Source: Malacoraja senta
Lineage: Eukaryota
DNA length: 64,000 nt
Reading direction: 5' to 3'
Assembly (NCBI GenBank): GCA_038087875.1
Contig: CM076002.1
Location: forward strand, 1-64,000
Shown here: in pieces, positions 12,816 through 24,639 of the stretch
Layout of the letters: each line of letters opens with the position of its first letter
Position numbering within the stretch: position 1 is the first letter of the stretch
Made by a program: the position numbers and the translations under genes
Notes under the pieces: model-generated
Databases searched by the model: none
Seen by the model: the letters and a program-made list of their open reading frames with translations, nothing else
Told to the model about the DNA's origin: nothing

Positions 12816-12904
12816 GTTTCTCAGTGCAATGATGATGCATCTATAAATCTGTCAATCCACTGATCTCCTGTGAAGTGAATAAGTGGTACTGAGCACTGAG
12901 AAAC
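12816..12904 (+). ncRNA. SNORD110: box C/D snoRNA SNORD110-like, copy in NOP56 intron 2
   Basis: C box ATGATGA 12829-12835; guide AAATCTGTCAATCC followed by D' CTGA, complementary to 18S GGAUUGACAGAUU; D box CTGA 12889-12892; 12-bp terminal stem GTTTCTCAGTGC/GCACTGAGAAAC. Confidence 0.85.
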
Positions 12905-15900
12905 AGATTCTTGATTTGTGTGGGTGTCTGGGGTTATGGAGAGAAGGCAGGACAATGGGGTTAGGAGGGAGAGATAGATCAGCCATGATTAAATGACGGA
13001 GTAGACTTGATGGGCCGAATGGCCTAATTCAGATTCCAGCATCCGCAGTGTTTTCCGAAGTGTACCCAGAGTAGGGGTAAGGCGAAGGGGAAAACATTTA
13101 ATAGGAATCTGAGGGGTAACTTTATTCATACAAAGGGTGGTGGGTGTATGGAACAAGCTGCCAGAGGAGGTAGTAGCGGCTAGGACTATCCCAACGTTTA
13201 AGAAACAGTTAGACAGGGACATGGATAAGACAGGTTTGGAGGGATATGGACCAAGCGCAGGCAGGTGGGATTAGTGTAGTTGGCCGGTGTGGGGCAGACC
13301 TGTTTCCATGTTGTATCACTCTATGACTAGTGTAGCTGGGACATTGTTGGGCTGAAGGGCCTGTTTACACAATGTATCCCTCTATGACTAAGTGTGGTTA
13401 TGTATTTTTTTAACATTCTCTCCGTTTCCAGGCTTATTCCATCAGGAGGTTACCGGGTCTTTGCCCAGGCAATGATATACCCAGTATATAGATTTTTATA
13501 AATGTAACTGCCCTTCCACATGTGTGGCTGTTGTGCTTAAAACTGGGCATTTCTGTCAAACCAGTGATCTGCAGGATAGTAATTATTTCTTGTCGCACAG
13601 CACAAGACCACATTATGACGTGATTTTCCTGGATAGCACTCAACAATTTGTTCCCAGTGCATCTGGCAACACTAAACATAGAAACATAGAAAATAGGTGC
13701 AGGAGTAGGCCATTCGGCCCTTTGAGCCGGCACCGCCATTCAATATGATCATGGCTGATCATCCAACTCAGTACCCTGTAGCTGCTTTCTCTCCATACCC
13801 CCTGATCCCTTTAGCCACAAGGGCCACATCTAACTCCCTCTTAAATATAGCCAATGAACTGGCCTCAACTACCTTCTGTGGCAGAGAATTCCAGGGATTC
13901 ACCACTCTCTGTGTAAAAAAACAATACAAATTACGAATATTCCAGTGTATTTGGCTCAGCCCAGTATCTGCAGTGAGGGCTGCTGCTGCTGCATTGGTTT
14001 AAACCAGTCTGGCAGGGATACGGTGCAGTAGCAGCGGAGACCAAGGTGGGCTGCAAATAGACGAGTACATAACTATGCCCAAATTAACAGTACTTTATAA
14101 ATACTCTGTCCACCAAGGTGGACAGATAACTGTGGCCGTGATAACTGATGGCCGTGTTTGACTTAGATCTCTTTGCCGTCAACACGTGATTTGTGGGTTA
14201 AGATGGTGGCATTTAATAGTCGGTTATGCAGGAAATGAAGGGATATGAATCGCATGCAGGTGAGTTTGACCAATACATCATACTCAGCACAGACATTGTG
14301 GGCTGAATGGCCTGTTCCTGTTCCATGTTGTAAAATCATATTTGTTTATAAAATGGTGGCATAGATAAGGTAGACAGTCAATCTTTTATCTGTGGAACCG
14401 TTCCTCTACTGTTCTGTGTTCGACCGTGGTTTTGGGTGACTAAGGATAGGTGCAATTTCCAGGTTATTCATCGGGAAGGACAAATGCAAAGGTGGGATAA
14501 AGTTAATGAAGAGCGAGGATTGTAGCTAAAGGGCCTGGGCTTGACAAACAGAATGAGATTACGTGGGGTGGAGTTGTCGGGGACATTTTGGCCCGGTCGT
14601 GATGGAGGACATGTTAATGAGGAAAGTACACGCGTCCGCAACTGGGTTTAATCCTGGGAGCTTTGATCTACGTTGGCTGTCGAATCACACTTACACTGAC
14701 GGTGTGGCGGGTGATTTCCTACAGTGTAAACGTCTATACGATCTAGAACCAGAATTAGGCCATTCAGACCATCGAGTATTCTCCGCCATTCAATCATGGC
14801 TGATCTATCTTTCCTTCTCAACCCCATTCCCCTGCCTTCTACCCATAACCCCTGACACCCGTACTAATCAATGTCGGAGGGATTTTCAGATCGGCAAGAT
14901 TGGGAGCCTGCATCAAGAAAGGATGGGAAAACTAGGGAAGAATGACCACAAAATCACGCCTATCTGTCCCTTCCACAGATGCTGCCTGGTCTGCTGAGTT
15001 ACTCCAGCACTTAAAGCCAGGGCCTGAACTATGGGCAGAGGTTGGGCAAGCTAAGAATTTTATACCTTGGAGCGCTGGAGGATGAAGGGTGATCTTTCAG
15101 AGGTGTACAAAATAATGAGGAATAGAATAGGTGCAGTCTCTTGCCCAGAATACCAGAGAACATAGGAAAATAGGTGCAGGAGTAGGCCATTTGGCCCTTC
15201 GAGCCATTCAATATGATATGATCATCTAAAATCAGTGCCCGTTCCTGCTTTTTCCCCCATGTCCCTTGATTCCTTTAGCCCTAAGAGCTAAATCTAACTC
15301 CTGAAAACATCCAGTGAATTGGCCTCCACTGCCTTCTGTGGCAGAGAATTCCACAGATTCACAACTCAACTTTTTCACAGAGGAACAGTCAAAATACTGA
15401 CACAAAGACTTAAGTATCTCATGGCTCTGGAAGCTGTTGCCGCGCGTATGCCGGGTGGTCACCGCACGGGCCGACTGGAATGTGCGTCGCGCGGCGTCGG
15501 GTGATGGCGTCATCGCGCAACTACATGCGGTCTGCGTGGGACCGACCCCGCGGGCCATGCGTGGTGTCTGGCGGTCCACGCGCGGTCCCAACTTCCTGCT
15601 ACACCACCAGTAACCGCCTGCCCGTGGGTCAGGCAGCATCTCAAGTCAAGTCACTTTTATTTCTATAGCACATTTAAAAAACAACTCTCGTTGATCAAAG
15701 TGCTTTACATTGGTGGAAGTACTAACGTTATACAACAGTGGTTCATAGATTAAGTACATACATAAATAAATACATATAGCCCTCCCTCAGAGGACGTCAA
15801 GAAAGGCTTGAGAGTAAAGATGAGTTTTAAGTCTCGACTTAAGAGTCGACAATATGGATAGGTGACATTTTGTGTCTGGACCGATGTAACTGCAGCATCT

Positions 15901-15915
15901 TTCCCACTACTGATG

Positions 15916-16652
15916 TAGAGCTGCCAAGTAGTACGGATTTTCCGTATTTTGTACGGAAATGCGATAAGAATACGGATGTACGGATTTGCTTTGTAAAATT
16001 CGGACTTTTTATAAATTGGCTCGACTTCCTGTTTCATCTTGCTGCTTAAAAAATGCAAGGATATAAAAAGTCACACTGTAACTCTAAAAATTATAGCAGA
16101 TTAAATCTATTAGTATTTTAAATTTCAAGATCTGGATGATTATTTTTGTAAGCTCTGATCAGCCTGTCCTGCTACAGGTTTAAACAGCGCTGTCAGTTTA
16201 ACGCGTGGGAATTTAAACGAACAGCGCTATGGGTTCTAATTATAGCACTACCAGCTGGAGCTTTACACAGCGCAATAGGTCACAGACTGTTCAGGGAGGG
16301 AGAAGGAGAGATGGAATAAGAGTGAGGGAAAGTGGGAGAGGGAGGGAGAGAGAGCAAGGGAGAGAGAGGGAGGCTTCCAAAATGGCTTCTACATCATCTG
16401 GTGCTAAAAGCAGGAAGCTGCCATTCAAACAACAGTATACAAAGAGATGGCAATGAATGCACTGTCAAGTAAGGTGCATAGAAGACATGTCAATTGGTAA
16501 CAAAGTTATACATTCTTGTACTCTTATATGGGTATGACCGCACATTAAAAAAAAAAATCTGCAAAATGGCACCGCGTAAAAATACTGATCTCAGCAAAAT
16601 ACTGATTTTCAGGTACTAGAACTGAAATGCTCTGACAAAATTGGCAGTGCTG
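15916..16652. mobile_element. non-autonomous DNA transposon (hAT-like), copy 1
   Basis: Ends TAGAGCTGCCAA...TTGGCAGTGCTG form an imperfect TIR; closely similar copy at 28700-29329. Confidence 0.6.
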
Positions 16653-17404
16653 CTGATGTAACTCCAGCATCTTCCCCACTACTGATGTAACTCCAGCATC
16701 TTCCCCACTACTGATGTAACTCCAGCATCTTCCCCACTACTGATGTAACTCCAGCATCTTCCCCACTACTGATGTAATCCAGCATCTTCCCCACTACTGA
16801 TGTAATCCAGCATCTTCCCCACTACTGATGTAACTCCATCATCTTCCCCACTACTGATGTAACTCCAGCATCTTCCCCACTACTGATGTAATCCAGCATC
16901 TTCCCCACTACTGATGTAACTCCAGCATCTTCCCAATTACTGATGTAACTCCAGCATCTTCCCCACTATTGATGTAATCCAGCATCTTCCCCACTACTGA
17001 TGTAATCCAGCATCTTCCCCACTACTGATGTAACTCCAGCATCTTCCCCACTACTGATGTAACTCCAGCATCTTCCCCACTATTGATGTAACTCCAGCAT
17101 CTTCCCCACTACTGATGTAATCCAGCATCTTCCCCACTACTGATGTAACTCCAGCATCTTCCCAATTACTGATGTAACTCCAGCATCTTCCCCACTACTG
17201 ATGTAATCCAGCATCTTCCCCACTACTGATGTAATCCAGCATCTTCCCCACTACTGATGTAACTCCAGCATCTTCCCAATTACTGATGTAACTCCAGCAT
17301 CTTCCCCACTACTGATGTAACTCCAGCATCCTCCCAATTACTGATGTAATCCAGCATCTTCCCAATTACTGATGTAACTCCAGCATCTTCCCAATTACTG
17401 ATGT
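16653..17404. repeat. 28-29 bp minisatellite
   Basis: About 26 head-to-tail units of CTGATGTAA(C)TCCAGCATCTTCCCCACTA, no spacers. Confidence 0.97.
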
Positions 17405-17708
17405 GGGCCAGAAGATAAATTTATCCTGGCGTGGTGTTGAGCACAGGCGTTGTGGGTTGAAGGATCTGTTCCTGTGACGTGTGATATTCACCACGTCACT
17501 GATTTGCTGTGGGTTCGTCTGGTTGTGAAAGGTTGAGTTTGGTTTGGTTATAGAAAGCGTTTTATCAGGATGCATCACATTCTTGGTTTAGGAACTGCTC
17601 CATCCAAGACATCATGAACTGCAGGGAATTGTGGACGCTGCCCAGACCATCACACGCTGCCCAGACAACCTCCCTTCTCACCACGTCCATTGTTTCTCCT
17701 TGTTCTAG

Positions 17709-17823
17709 GTGGAGGATTCTGTTCTGACCATTGGCAAGTTCAACAACATTGTTAAACTGGTGGCCTTTTATCCCTTCAAATCTGCACAGGGTGCCCTGGA
17801 GAACATCAATGCTGTTTCTGAAG
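17709..17823 (+). CDS. NOP56: NOP56 exon 3
   Basis: tag|[38 protein letters not shown](G)|gtgagt, 115 nt. Confidence 0.96.
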
Positions 17824-18159
17824 GTGAGTGTTGCTTCCTGGTGTGAGGAATGTTTGCTGTTTGGGTCTAACAGGAGATGGGTTGATTCTGAACATGAGGT
17901 TTTGCAGCTTTATACCGAGCTCTACCAGCCTACTGGGGGGTGTGAGCTTGGAGTATACGTGTTTGATGTGCTTTTAACGTTTTCCCAGGATGTGGAACTG
18001 GCTGGTGGCACAGTCTCGCAGCGGTAGAGCTGCTGCCTCAACCCCAGAGATCCCGGTTTAATCCTGGCCTCATGTGCTGTCTGTGTGGAGTTTGCATGTT
18101 CTGCTTGTTACTGTGTGGGATTCTTCCATATGTCCCGTTTTTCTCCCACATCTCAAAGA

Positions 18160-18418
18160 ACACTCCCCATGGCTCTGTTCACCCTTAGATCCCTCGGCTC
18201 CACAACACTCCCCAAGGCCCTGTGTTCACCCCTAGATCCCTCTGCTCTACAACACTCCCCATGGCCCTGTGTTCACCCCTAGATCCCTCTGGTCTACAAC
18301 ACTCCCCATGGCCCTGTGTTCACCCCTAGATCCCTCTGCTCTACAACACTCCCCATGGCTCTGTGTTCACCCCTAGATCCCCTCTGCTCTACAACACTCC
18401 CCATGGCCCTGCGTTCAC
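18160..18418. repeat. ~47 bp minisatellite derived from CR1 sequence
   Basis: About 5.5 units of ACACTCCCCATGGCCCTGTGTTCACCCCTAGATCCCTCTGCTCTACA; the same motif occurs in CR1 copies near 20547 and 34458. Confidence 0.9.
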
Positions 18419-18603
18419 TGTAGTCTGCCCTGGTTCTACTTCACAATGGCGGTACCTCACATTAACGTGGGAGGGTTGGGCATGGAGCTGCAGGTGGTGT
18501 TTCCAGCGACCAGTGTGGGCAAGAGGGGTGTAGGGGACAGTTGTGTGTTGGGCAGGTCACCATCATTGTGTCTGGGGTGGGGTAACTGAGGGCTGTCAGC
18601 TTT

Positions 18604-18686
18604 CCTCAGTGCAATGATGACCTATCTATAAATCTGTCAATCCACTGAGCTCCTGTGAAGTGAACAAATGGTACTGAGCACTGAGG
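18604..18686 (+). ncRNA. SNORD110: box C/D snoRNA SNORD110 in NOP56 intron 3
   Basis: C box ATGATGA 18614-18620, same guide AAATCTGTCAATCC and D' CTGA, D box 18674-18677, stem CCTCAGTGC/GCACTGAGG; the expected host intron. Confidence 0.9.
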
Positions 18687-18916
18687 CACACATTCATGAT
18701 TAGGACGGGTGTCTGGGGTTATGGGGAGAAGGCAGGAGAATGTGGTTAGGAGGAAGAGATAGATCACCATGATTGAATGGTGGAGTTGACTTGATGGGCC
18801 GAATGGCCTAATTCTGCTCCTAGAGCTTGAGCTTGTTCCTCTCCCTGTCCCTGACTGCGACCCATTACCACGGCCCATTGCTGCCCCTCACTGCGACCCT
18901 TGCTGCCCCTCCCCAG

Positions 18917-19084
18917 GTATTCTCCACGAAGACTTGAGGCTGCTGCTGGAGACCAACATGCCGCCAGCGGGCAAGAAGAGGAAGGTGGTGCTTGGCGTGG
19001 CCGACCAGAAGCTGGCAGCGGCGATCCATGAGGAGCTGGGTATCCTGTGCCAGGCGGGCGGCGTGGTGGCCGAGATCCTCCGAG
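18917..19084 (+). CDS. NOP56: NOP56 exon 4
   Basis: cag|ILHEDLRLLLETNMPPAGKKRKVVLGVADQKL...GGVVAEILR|gtgaga, 168 nt. Confidence 0.96.
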
Positions 19085-20947
19085 GTGAGAGAGTCACTGG
19101 GCGGCAACACCGCAGCAGCAGGCCCTGAGTCGAGCGTTAGTCGGCACTGGGTCTGTACTCACTGGAGTTTAGTAGAATGAGGTGGGGGGGGGGACCTCAT
19201 TAAAACTTACAGAATAGTGAAAGGCTTGGATAGAGTGGATGTGGAGAGGATGATTCCACTAGTGGGAGAGTCTAGGACTAGAGGTCATAGCCTCAGAATT
19301 AAAGGACGTTCTTTTAGAAAGGGGATGGGGGGAATTTCTTTAACCAGAGGGTGGTGAATCTGGAATTCTTTGCTGCAGATGACGAGGCCAATCCAATTAG
19401 TATTTTTAAGGCAGACATAGATAAATTCTTGATTAGTGCAGGCGACTGGGGTTTGGAGGGAGAGATAGATCGGCCATGATTGAATGGAGAATTAGATTTG
19501 ATGGGCCGAATGGCCTAATTCTGTTCCTATCACTTATGAACATGAACAGAACTACTAAGCTCACTGCAGCCTTGCAGGTCGATTCGTGCAACGACACATG
19601 GGCAACAATGCAATAAATTACCCGTTATTGGAGGTAAACCGGACCTTGCACTTGTGGAGCCTGACGTTTCTGATGTAACCTAAACCTCATGTGTTACTGA
19701 GCTAGGGTGGTTCACCAAGCCTGCTGGTTGCTTTGAAGAAGCTGCACTTGAGCCTGGAGGTGACGGTTCTCAGCTTCCTGAACCACCTTTGCAATGGTAG
19801 TATTGATATTATATCTAAGAGTTCAAGAAAGAACTGCAGATGCTGGAAAAATCAAAAGTGGTCAGAAAGCTGGAGAAACTCAGCGAGTGAGGCAGTATGG
19901 AGCGAAGGAATGGGTGACGTTTCAGGTCGAGACCTCCTTCGCTCCATAGATGCTTCTTCAGCTTTTTGTCTTCCTTTGATATATCAATGCCTTCGCGAGG
20001 CGGTGCCTCCTTGTAGATCACTTCACGGCAGGGTCAGTACCTGTGGACAAGGCAATGTTGACCATCCCCACTAATCTTCACTGCTGGGTGTTATACTTGC
20101 CAAGTCAGGCTGTTGTAGATCAGTCTGTCTCTTTCCACTGGATGTTTTCAGCCAGACTATTCCTTCTATGGTGCCTGCTTTAGTTGATCTGTGGGGTGTG
20201 TGCCTCTGGACTTGTGTTAGTGCTGTCCCCAAGACACAGGGATACAGCGGGGAACAGGCCCTTCAGCCCAACATGTCCGTGCTGAACAAGATGCCCGACA
20301 AAGCAAGAACGATTCACCTGAGTTTGGCCCATATCCCTCTAAACCTTTTCTATCCATGTACCTGGACAGGTGTCTTGTAAATGTCTCCCCAATACCCTGC
20401 CTAATGCAGGGCGATATACACAAAGGTGCCTTTACGACCCTATGTCCCAACGTCTACAATACTCTTGACTGATGAAGTCCAAATGACTATTTGACCATCC
20501 TGTCTACCTGCAACTCCACCTTTATGGAACCATGCACCTGCACTCCTAGATCCCTCTGCTCTACAACACTCCTTAGAGCCCCACCATTCATTGTGTAGGT
20601 CGTGCCCATGTTAGACTTCCCAAAATGCACCACCTCACACTTGTGCTTTAAGCTCCATTAGCCATTCCTGGCTTCCCAGCTCCGATAGTCAATTCCCTGA
20701 TTAGGCCAGTGTGCCAACATCCCCTTTTGCCGCCCTTATCTTCAGACCCCATTTCCTCCCCCTGCCCCCCCCCCCAGTGTCCCAGCACCCCGTTCCTTGT
20801 CCTCAGGAGCTGGACAAGCCGCTCTGTTGAATCCCACCTGGTCTCAGCTGCTCGATCTCCACTGGTGGAGCTGTGTCGGTGGGTGTGTTGAGGGTTGTGT
20901 GTGTGTGTGTCCCTGCTTCACTGGCTGCCGTGACTGGTCGTCTCTAG

Positions 20948-21146
20948 GTGTACGCCTCCACTTCCACTCGCTGATCCAGGGGCTGACGGCCCTCTCTGCT
21001 GCCAAAGCCCAGCTGGGGCTGGGCCACAGCTACTCCCGGGCCAAGGTCAAGTTCAACATCAACCGCGTGGACAACATGATCATCCAGTCCATCAGCTTGT
21101 TGGACCAGCTGGACAAGGACATCAACACCTTCTCCATGAGAGTCAG
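20948..21146 (+). CDS. NOP56: NOP56 exon 5
   Basis: tag|[12 protein letters not shown]...[44 protein letters not shown]|gtaact, 199 nt. Confidence 0.98.
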
Positions 21147-21489
21147 GTAACTGGGACTGGGGCTCTGCACAGTTTGGCCATTCCCCTCTCCGATAAACCC
21201 TCATTGGGTGATGGGTGGACGTGGACTCTCTCTACCCCAGGAAGACATAAAGTGCTGGGGTAGCTAAGGGTGTAGGAAGAACTGCAGATGGTGGTTCATG
21301 GAGAAAAGGAATGGGTCAAGAAGAATGGTCTTGACCTGAAATGTCAGCCATTCCTTTTCTCTAGCAATGCTGCCTGACCCGCTGTGTGCTTTCCAAACAA
21401 ATGATTCATACTCTATGGAAATACAATGAAGCCATACTGGAGTACAATAGGTAGAGCAGCATGGCATTAGCGTGTGGGTTGTGTATTGA

Positions 21490-22040
21490 CTGATCCATTG
21501 ACTAGTGGAGTTCCGCAGGGGTCGGTGCTGGGGTTGCTACTCTTCACGTTGTATATTAATGATTTGGACGAGGGGATTGAAGGCTTGGTGGCCAGGTTTG
21601 CGGATGATACAAAACTAGGTGGAGGGGCAGGTAGTGTAGAGAAAGCAGGGACTCTGCAGAAGGACTTGGACAGGTTGGGAGAGTGGCAGATGGAGTATAG
21701 TGTAGCAAAGTGTGGAGTCATGCATTTTGGTAGTAGGAATAAAGGTGTAGACTATTTTCTAAACGGGGAGAGAATCCAGAAATCAGACACAAAGGGACTT
21801 GGGAATGCTGGTGCAGGATTCTCATAAAATTAATCTGCAAGTTGAATCGGTAGTAAAGAAAGCGAACTCAATGCTAGCATTTATTTCAAAGGGGCTAGAA
21901 TACAAAAAACATGTAATTCTGAGGCTCTATGGGGCTGGTCAGGTAGCATTTGGAATATTAGGAACAATTCTGGGAGAGGGTCCAGAGGAGTTTAGAGAAT
22001 GACGGGGGACCTCATTGAAACATACAGAATAGTGAAAGGT
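21490..22040 (+). mobile_element. CR1 LINE RT fragment in NOP56 intron 5
   Basis: TSGVPQGSVLGLLLFTLYINDLD...FADDTKLGG. Confidence 0.9.
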
Positions 22041-22136
22041 TTCAATAGTATATTGACTGACCCACACTGGTATGTATTGACTGGCCTGCGGGGGTGCGTA
22101 TGTATTGACTGGCCTGGGGGGGGTGTTGGTCTGGTG

Positions 22137-22270
22137 CTCTCCCCCACTTGCCACAGAATGTGCTCACTCGGCAGCATCTGTATAGTGATGGGGAGACAGA
22201 GCAAGTCCCTGTTACACCCCAGCCCTGCCCTTACTGTGGCCTGGGCTGGACTGTTGTCAGGGAGACATGT
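22137..22270 (+). ncRNA. SNORA51: box H/ACA snoRNA SNORA51 in NOP56 intron 5
   Basis: Two-hairpin layout, H box AGAGCA 22198-22203, ACA 22265-22267; motifs CCACAG...CTGTATAG and TACACC.CAGC resemble human ACA51; NOP56 is its known host. Confidence 0.8.
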
Positions 22271-22341
22271 TTGGGGAGCGGGGATGCCTGCCCTACTCCT
22301 GCCACCCCCCCTCTGTTAACCGTGGTCCCGTCTCCCCACAG

Positions 22342-22529
22342 AGAGTGGTACGGCTACCACTTCCCTGAGCTGATCAAGATCGTTGCTGAGAACCACACCT
22401 ACTGCCGGCTGGCCAAGCTGATCGGCAACCGTAAGGAGCTGTCTGAGGAGAGTCTTCCCATGCTGGAGGAGGTCGTCATGGACAGCGCCAAGGCCCAGGC
22501 CATCCTCGACGCGTCCCGCAGCTCCATGG
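22342..22529 (+). CDS. NOP56: NOP56 exon 6
   Basis: cag|EWYGYHFPELIKIV...AQAILDASRSSM|gtgagt, 188 nt (NOSIC region). Confidence 0.98.
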
Positions 22530-23676
22530 GTGAGTCGTGGGGAAGGGGGCTGCTGTCTGCAGACACAGAGGTGGGCGCAGCAGCACAGCTGTTTCCTCGC
22601 AGCGCTAGAGACCCCGGTTTAATTCTGACTACGGGTGCTGTCTACGGAGTTTGATCTTGTGGGTTTTCTCCGGGAGCTCCGGTTTCCTCCCACACGCCAA
22701 ACACTCCAATACTCCCAGCCAGAGAGTTGTGGATCTGTGAAATCACCCAGGGAGTTGTGAATCTGTGGAATTCTCTGCCACAGAAGGGAGTGTAGGCCGA
22801 TTCACTGGATGTTTTCAAGAGAGAGTTAGATTTAGCTCTTAGGAATAGCGTAATCAAGGGATATGAGGAAAAAGCCAGAATGTTATACTGATTTTAGATG
22901 ATCAGCCATGATCATATTGAATGACGGTGCTGGCTCGAGGGGCAGAATGGCCTACTCCTGCACCTATTTTTCTGTGTACAAGTTTGTAGGCTAATTGGCT
23001 TATGTTGTAAATTGTCCATAGTGTGGAGTAGGGAGATTGCTGGTCAGCACGACTCGATGGGCCGAAGGGCATGTTTCTGCTCTATCTCTTCAGATACAGT
23101 GCTGGCTACACATTCACTGTGCTGTGTGTGGGTGGCTGTGGCAGGGAACAGGTCCTTTGGGGATTACCCCAATCGGGCTACAAGCTGCAGGTGGACCCGG
23201 GGCCACAGCCCCAGATATCGTTCGTTACTGTTCCTCGTTTTGGACAGTTTAGTGTAGTAATACAGCATGGAAATAGGCTGCTCAGCCCACCATGTCCACG
23301 CCGACCAGCGATCACCCGTGCACATTGTTACGTGCAAACTCCACGTGGATGGCACCTGATTTTAGTTTAGAGATACAGTACGGGATGGGCACTTCAGCCC
23401 ACTGCCTCTGCTGGGATTAGGGACTACTTTACCAACGCTAATTGAACTCTGGTCTACGGCACTGTGAGGCAGCTGCGTCACCGTACTGTCCTGAGTATGG
23501 GATTGAAGTCGGGTCTCTGGCGCTGTGAGGCAGCAGCTGTACCTGCTGTGCTGACCTGGGATTACATTCCCATAGCTGTGGGGTGGGATTGAGTTGTCCG
23601 GGTCCCATAGATTGCATGTGCCAGTGTGGCACCTGGTGCCCGTGTGGCTTTGCCTAACACGTTCTCGTTGTGCCAG

Positions 23677-23828
23677 GGATGGACATCTCTCCCATCGACC
23701 TGATCAACATTGAGAGCTTCTCCAACAGAGTGGTGTCCCTGGCTGATTACCGCAAGACCCTGCAGGAATACCTGCGCTCCAAGATGAACCAGGTAGCTCC
23801 AAACCTGGCCACGCTCATCGGGGAAGTG
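23677..23828 (+). CDS. NOP56: NOP56 exon 7
   Basis: cag|[51 protein letters not shown]|gtgagt, 152 nt. Confidence 0.98.
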
Positions 23829-24435
23829 GTGAGTGTTGCCGTGCCATGGGGTGGTCTACGTGGAGCTCAGACCCCCGGCGGGGCGGGGCGGCACAGATAT
23901 ACACAGGAACTCAGCGTGAAGGCCAGGCAGTCACATATTCCTGTTGGGGCTGTGATTCACTGTGGGCAGCGGGCAACACAGCGGGTAGTACGCATGCAGG
24001 GCTGGTTACTATGAGCTGGTGGAGCCCATTCATCTGTGAACTGCTCATTGTCCCAGCAGCAAGCAGTGGTGTGTGAGGCTTCTGGATGGACATGCGGATA
24101 CCTGGGGAATAGAGGGTATGGATCACTCGCAGGCACAGATCAGTTTAACCTGCGTCATGTTCAGCACAGGGACTGGGCGGAAGGATTCATCATGTTCAGC
24201 AGTCACCGCGGGCCGAATGGCTTGTTGCCCTGCGTACCTGGTCACTAGGGTGGGGGGGGTGGTGTTAATGGATGTTGGGGGAGCTGACAGCGTTGTCTCT
24301 CTGCAGGTGGGAGCCCAGCTGATCTCCCACGCGGGCCGAATGGCCTGTTGTCCTGTGTACCTGGTCACCAGGGCGGGGTGGGGGGGGGGTCGGTGTTGGT
24401 GGATATGGGGGGCTGACATTGTTGTCTCTCTGCAG

Positions 24436-24536
24436 GTGGGAGCCCGGCTGATCTCCCACGCGGGCAGCCTGACCAACCTGGCCAAGTACCCGGCCTCCAC
24501 AGTGCAGATCCTGGGCGCAGAGAAGGCCTTGTTCAG
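24436..24536 (+). CDS. NOP56: NOP56 exon 8
   Basis: cag|[33 protein letters not shown]|gtacag, 101 nt (Nop domain). Confidence 0.97.
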
Positions 24537-24548
24537 GTACAGCTGCTG

Positions 24549-24639
24549 GGGGGCTGTGATGATGCCAGGACCCTGGCATGGGGCTGAAGCACTGCGTGCA
24601 GTGTGTGTGAGAGCCCGCGCCAGCCGCTGAACAGCCCCC
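24549..24639 (+). ncRNA. SNORD86: box C/D snoRNA, SNORD86-like, directly after the exon 8 donor
   Basis: C box GTGATGA 24556-24562, internal CTGA, D box CTGA 24627-24630, terminal stem GGGGGCTGT/ACAGCCCCC; named by position rather than sequence identity. Confidence 0.72.

Noticed and set aside
14105..14126. Perfect 10-bp inverted repeat TCTGTCCACC-AA-GGTGGACAGA
   Set aside because: Too short and isolated to assign a function
16653..17404. CRISPR-like array of ~29-bp repeats
   Set aside because: Units are head-to-tail with no unique spacers, there are no cas genes, and the context is a vertebrate intron; it is a minisatellite
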